NCBI GenBank assembly: GCA_013390375.1 | Contig: JACATA010000001.1 | Coordinates: 50,211 to 74,210 of the forward strand | Length of the DNA stretch: 24,000 nucleotides | Direction: 5' to 3' | DNA from: Marine Group I thaumarchaeote | Lineage (GTDB): Archaea; Thermoproteota; Nitrososphaeria; Nitrososphaerales; Nitrosopumilaceae | Shown: one piece after another, positions 23,278 to 24,000 of the stretch | Layout: the number at the start of each line of letters is the position of its first letter | Position numbering within the stretch: position 1 is the first letter of the stretch | The notes under the pieces: model-generated | Told to the model about the DNA's origin: nothing | Databases searched by the model: none | The model's input: only the letters and a program-made list of their open reading frames with translations | Program-made: the position numbers and the translations under genes

Positions 23278-24000
23278 ATGCATTCTGACAAAATTAATGA
23301 ATTTTTAAAGAAAAGAAAGACGGCTGACCAAGCAGGTGGTCAGGATCGTATTGCCAAACAGCATGAGAAAGGAAAACTCACAGCAAGGGAACGAATTAAT
23401 CTATTGCTTGACGAGGGAAGTTTTGTCGAACTTGATGCACTAGCTACACATCATTACTATCAGTATGATATGCAGAAAAAGAAATTCTTTGGTGATGGTG
23501 TAGTTGGTGGATATGGAATGATTAACGGACGACAGGTATACGTTTTTGCTTACGATTTTACGATTTTGGGAGGCACTCTAAGCAAAATGGGTGCAAGAAA
23601 AATTACCAAATTAATGGATCATGCTATCCGCAACGGATGTCCAATTATTGGAATAATGGATTCAGGCGGCGCTAGAATTCAGGAAGGAATACAAAGTCTT
23701 GACGGGTTTGGTGACATTTTTTATCACAACCAATTGGCATCAGGCGTTGTTCCACAAATTACTGCTAGTATTGGACCGTCTGCTGGTGGTGCGGTATATT
23801 CTCCAGCAATGACTGATTTTGTTATAATGGTGGATAAATTAGGAACCATGTTTGTTACGGGACCTGACGTTGTAAAGACGGTTCTTGGTGAGGAGGTTTC
23901 GTTTGACGAATTGGGTGGAGCAATGACACATGCTACAAAAAGTGGTGTGGCTCACTTTGTTGTAAAAAATGAATACGAATGTATGGATTATATCAAGACG
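23278..24000 (+). CDS. pccB: Acyl-CoA (acetyl/propionyl-CoA) carboxylase carboxyltransferase subunit, N-terminal part (runs off the window end)
   Basis: Not in the ORF track because there is no stop in the window. Hand translation from the ATG at 23278 gives MHSDKINEFLKKRKTADQAGGQDRIAKQHEKGKLTARERINLLLDEGSFVELDA... followed later by ..GGTLS..GA.KI.K..D.A...G.P.IG..DSGGARIQEG. This is the typical PccB/AccD5-type carboxyltransferase N-terminal domain. Confidence 0.85.
   Translation, partial: MHSDKINEFLKKRKTADQAGGQDRIAKQHEKGKLTARERINLLLDEGSFVELDALATHHYYQYDMQKKKFFGDGVVGGYGMINGRQVYVFAYDFTILGGTLSKMGARKITKLMDHAIRNGCPIIGIMDSGGARIQEGIQSLDGFGDIFYHNQLASGVVPQITASIGPSAGGAVYSPAMTDFVIMVDKLGTMFVTGPDVVKTVLGEEVSFDELGGAMTHATKSGVAHFVVKNEYECMDYIKT

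Noticed and set aside
1-24000. CRISPR arrays, rRNA genes, IS transposases, toxin-antitoxin or restriction-modification defence genes
   Set aside because: I scanned the intergenic gaps, which are all under ~470 bp, and the ORF translations. There are no regularly spaced direct repeats, no rRNA-like conserved stretches, and no DDE/HUH transposase or recognisable defence domains. The only recombinase is the tyrosine integrase.

Overview
This is an AT-rich, gene-dense archaeal window that reads like a marine ammonia-oxidising thaumarchaeon (Nitrosopumilus-like). Supporting signs are a thermosome, an RFC large subunit, three archaeal-type tRNA genes each with a TATA-like box about 30 nt upstream, and an ADP-forming acyl-CoA synthetase and a PccB-type carboxyltransferase at the two window edges. 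The centre (about 4.0-13.7 kb) is a complete urea-utilisation locus. It holds an SSS/DUR3-like symporter and divergently transcribed ureEFGD and ureABC, with the UreC nickel-site motifs intact.

Several components in and around the locus are not part of the textbook urease system:
- An arginase-family ureohydrolase whose stop codon overlaps the TTG start of a highly divergent UreA (gamma-subunit)-like ORF.
- An orphan 4-TM protein after ureD.
- A divergent thermosome paralogue with a His-rich C-terminal tail that looks like a nickel-binding tail.
- A CX4CX2C radical-SAM gene plus an orphan APS kinase after ureC.

A GC-rich 1.5-kb element that encodes only a tyrosine integrase sits in the 3' end of tRNA-Val. 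It has 18-bp direct repeats and 10-bp inverted repeats just inside them. A 30-bp inverted repeat that carries a start codon brackets a small orphan gene.

The rest of the window holds aspartate kinase, IlvE, tRNA-Lys, tRNA-Asp, an IMPase-family protein, an acidic hypothetical protein, RfcL and two Cys-rich small proteins. I saw no CRISPR array, rRNA gene or IS transposase. All functional calls rest on motif recognition by eye; no database search was run.
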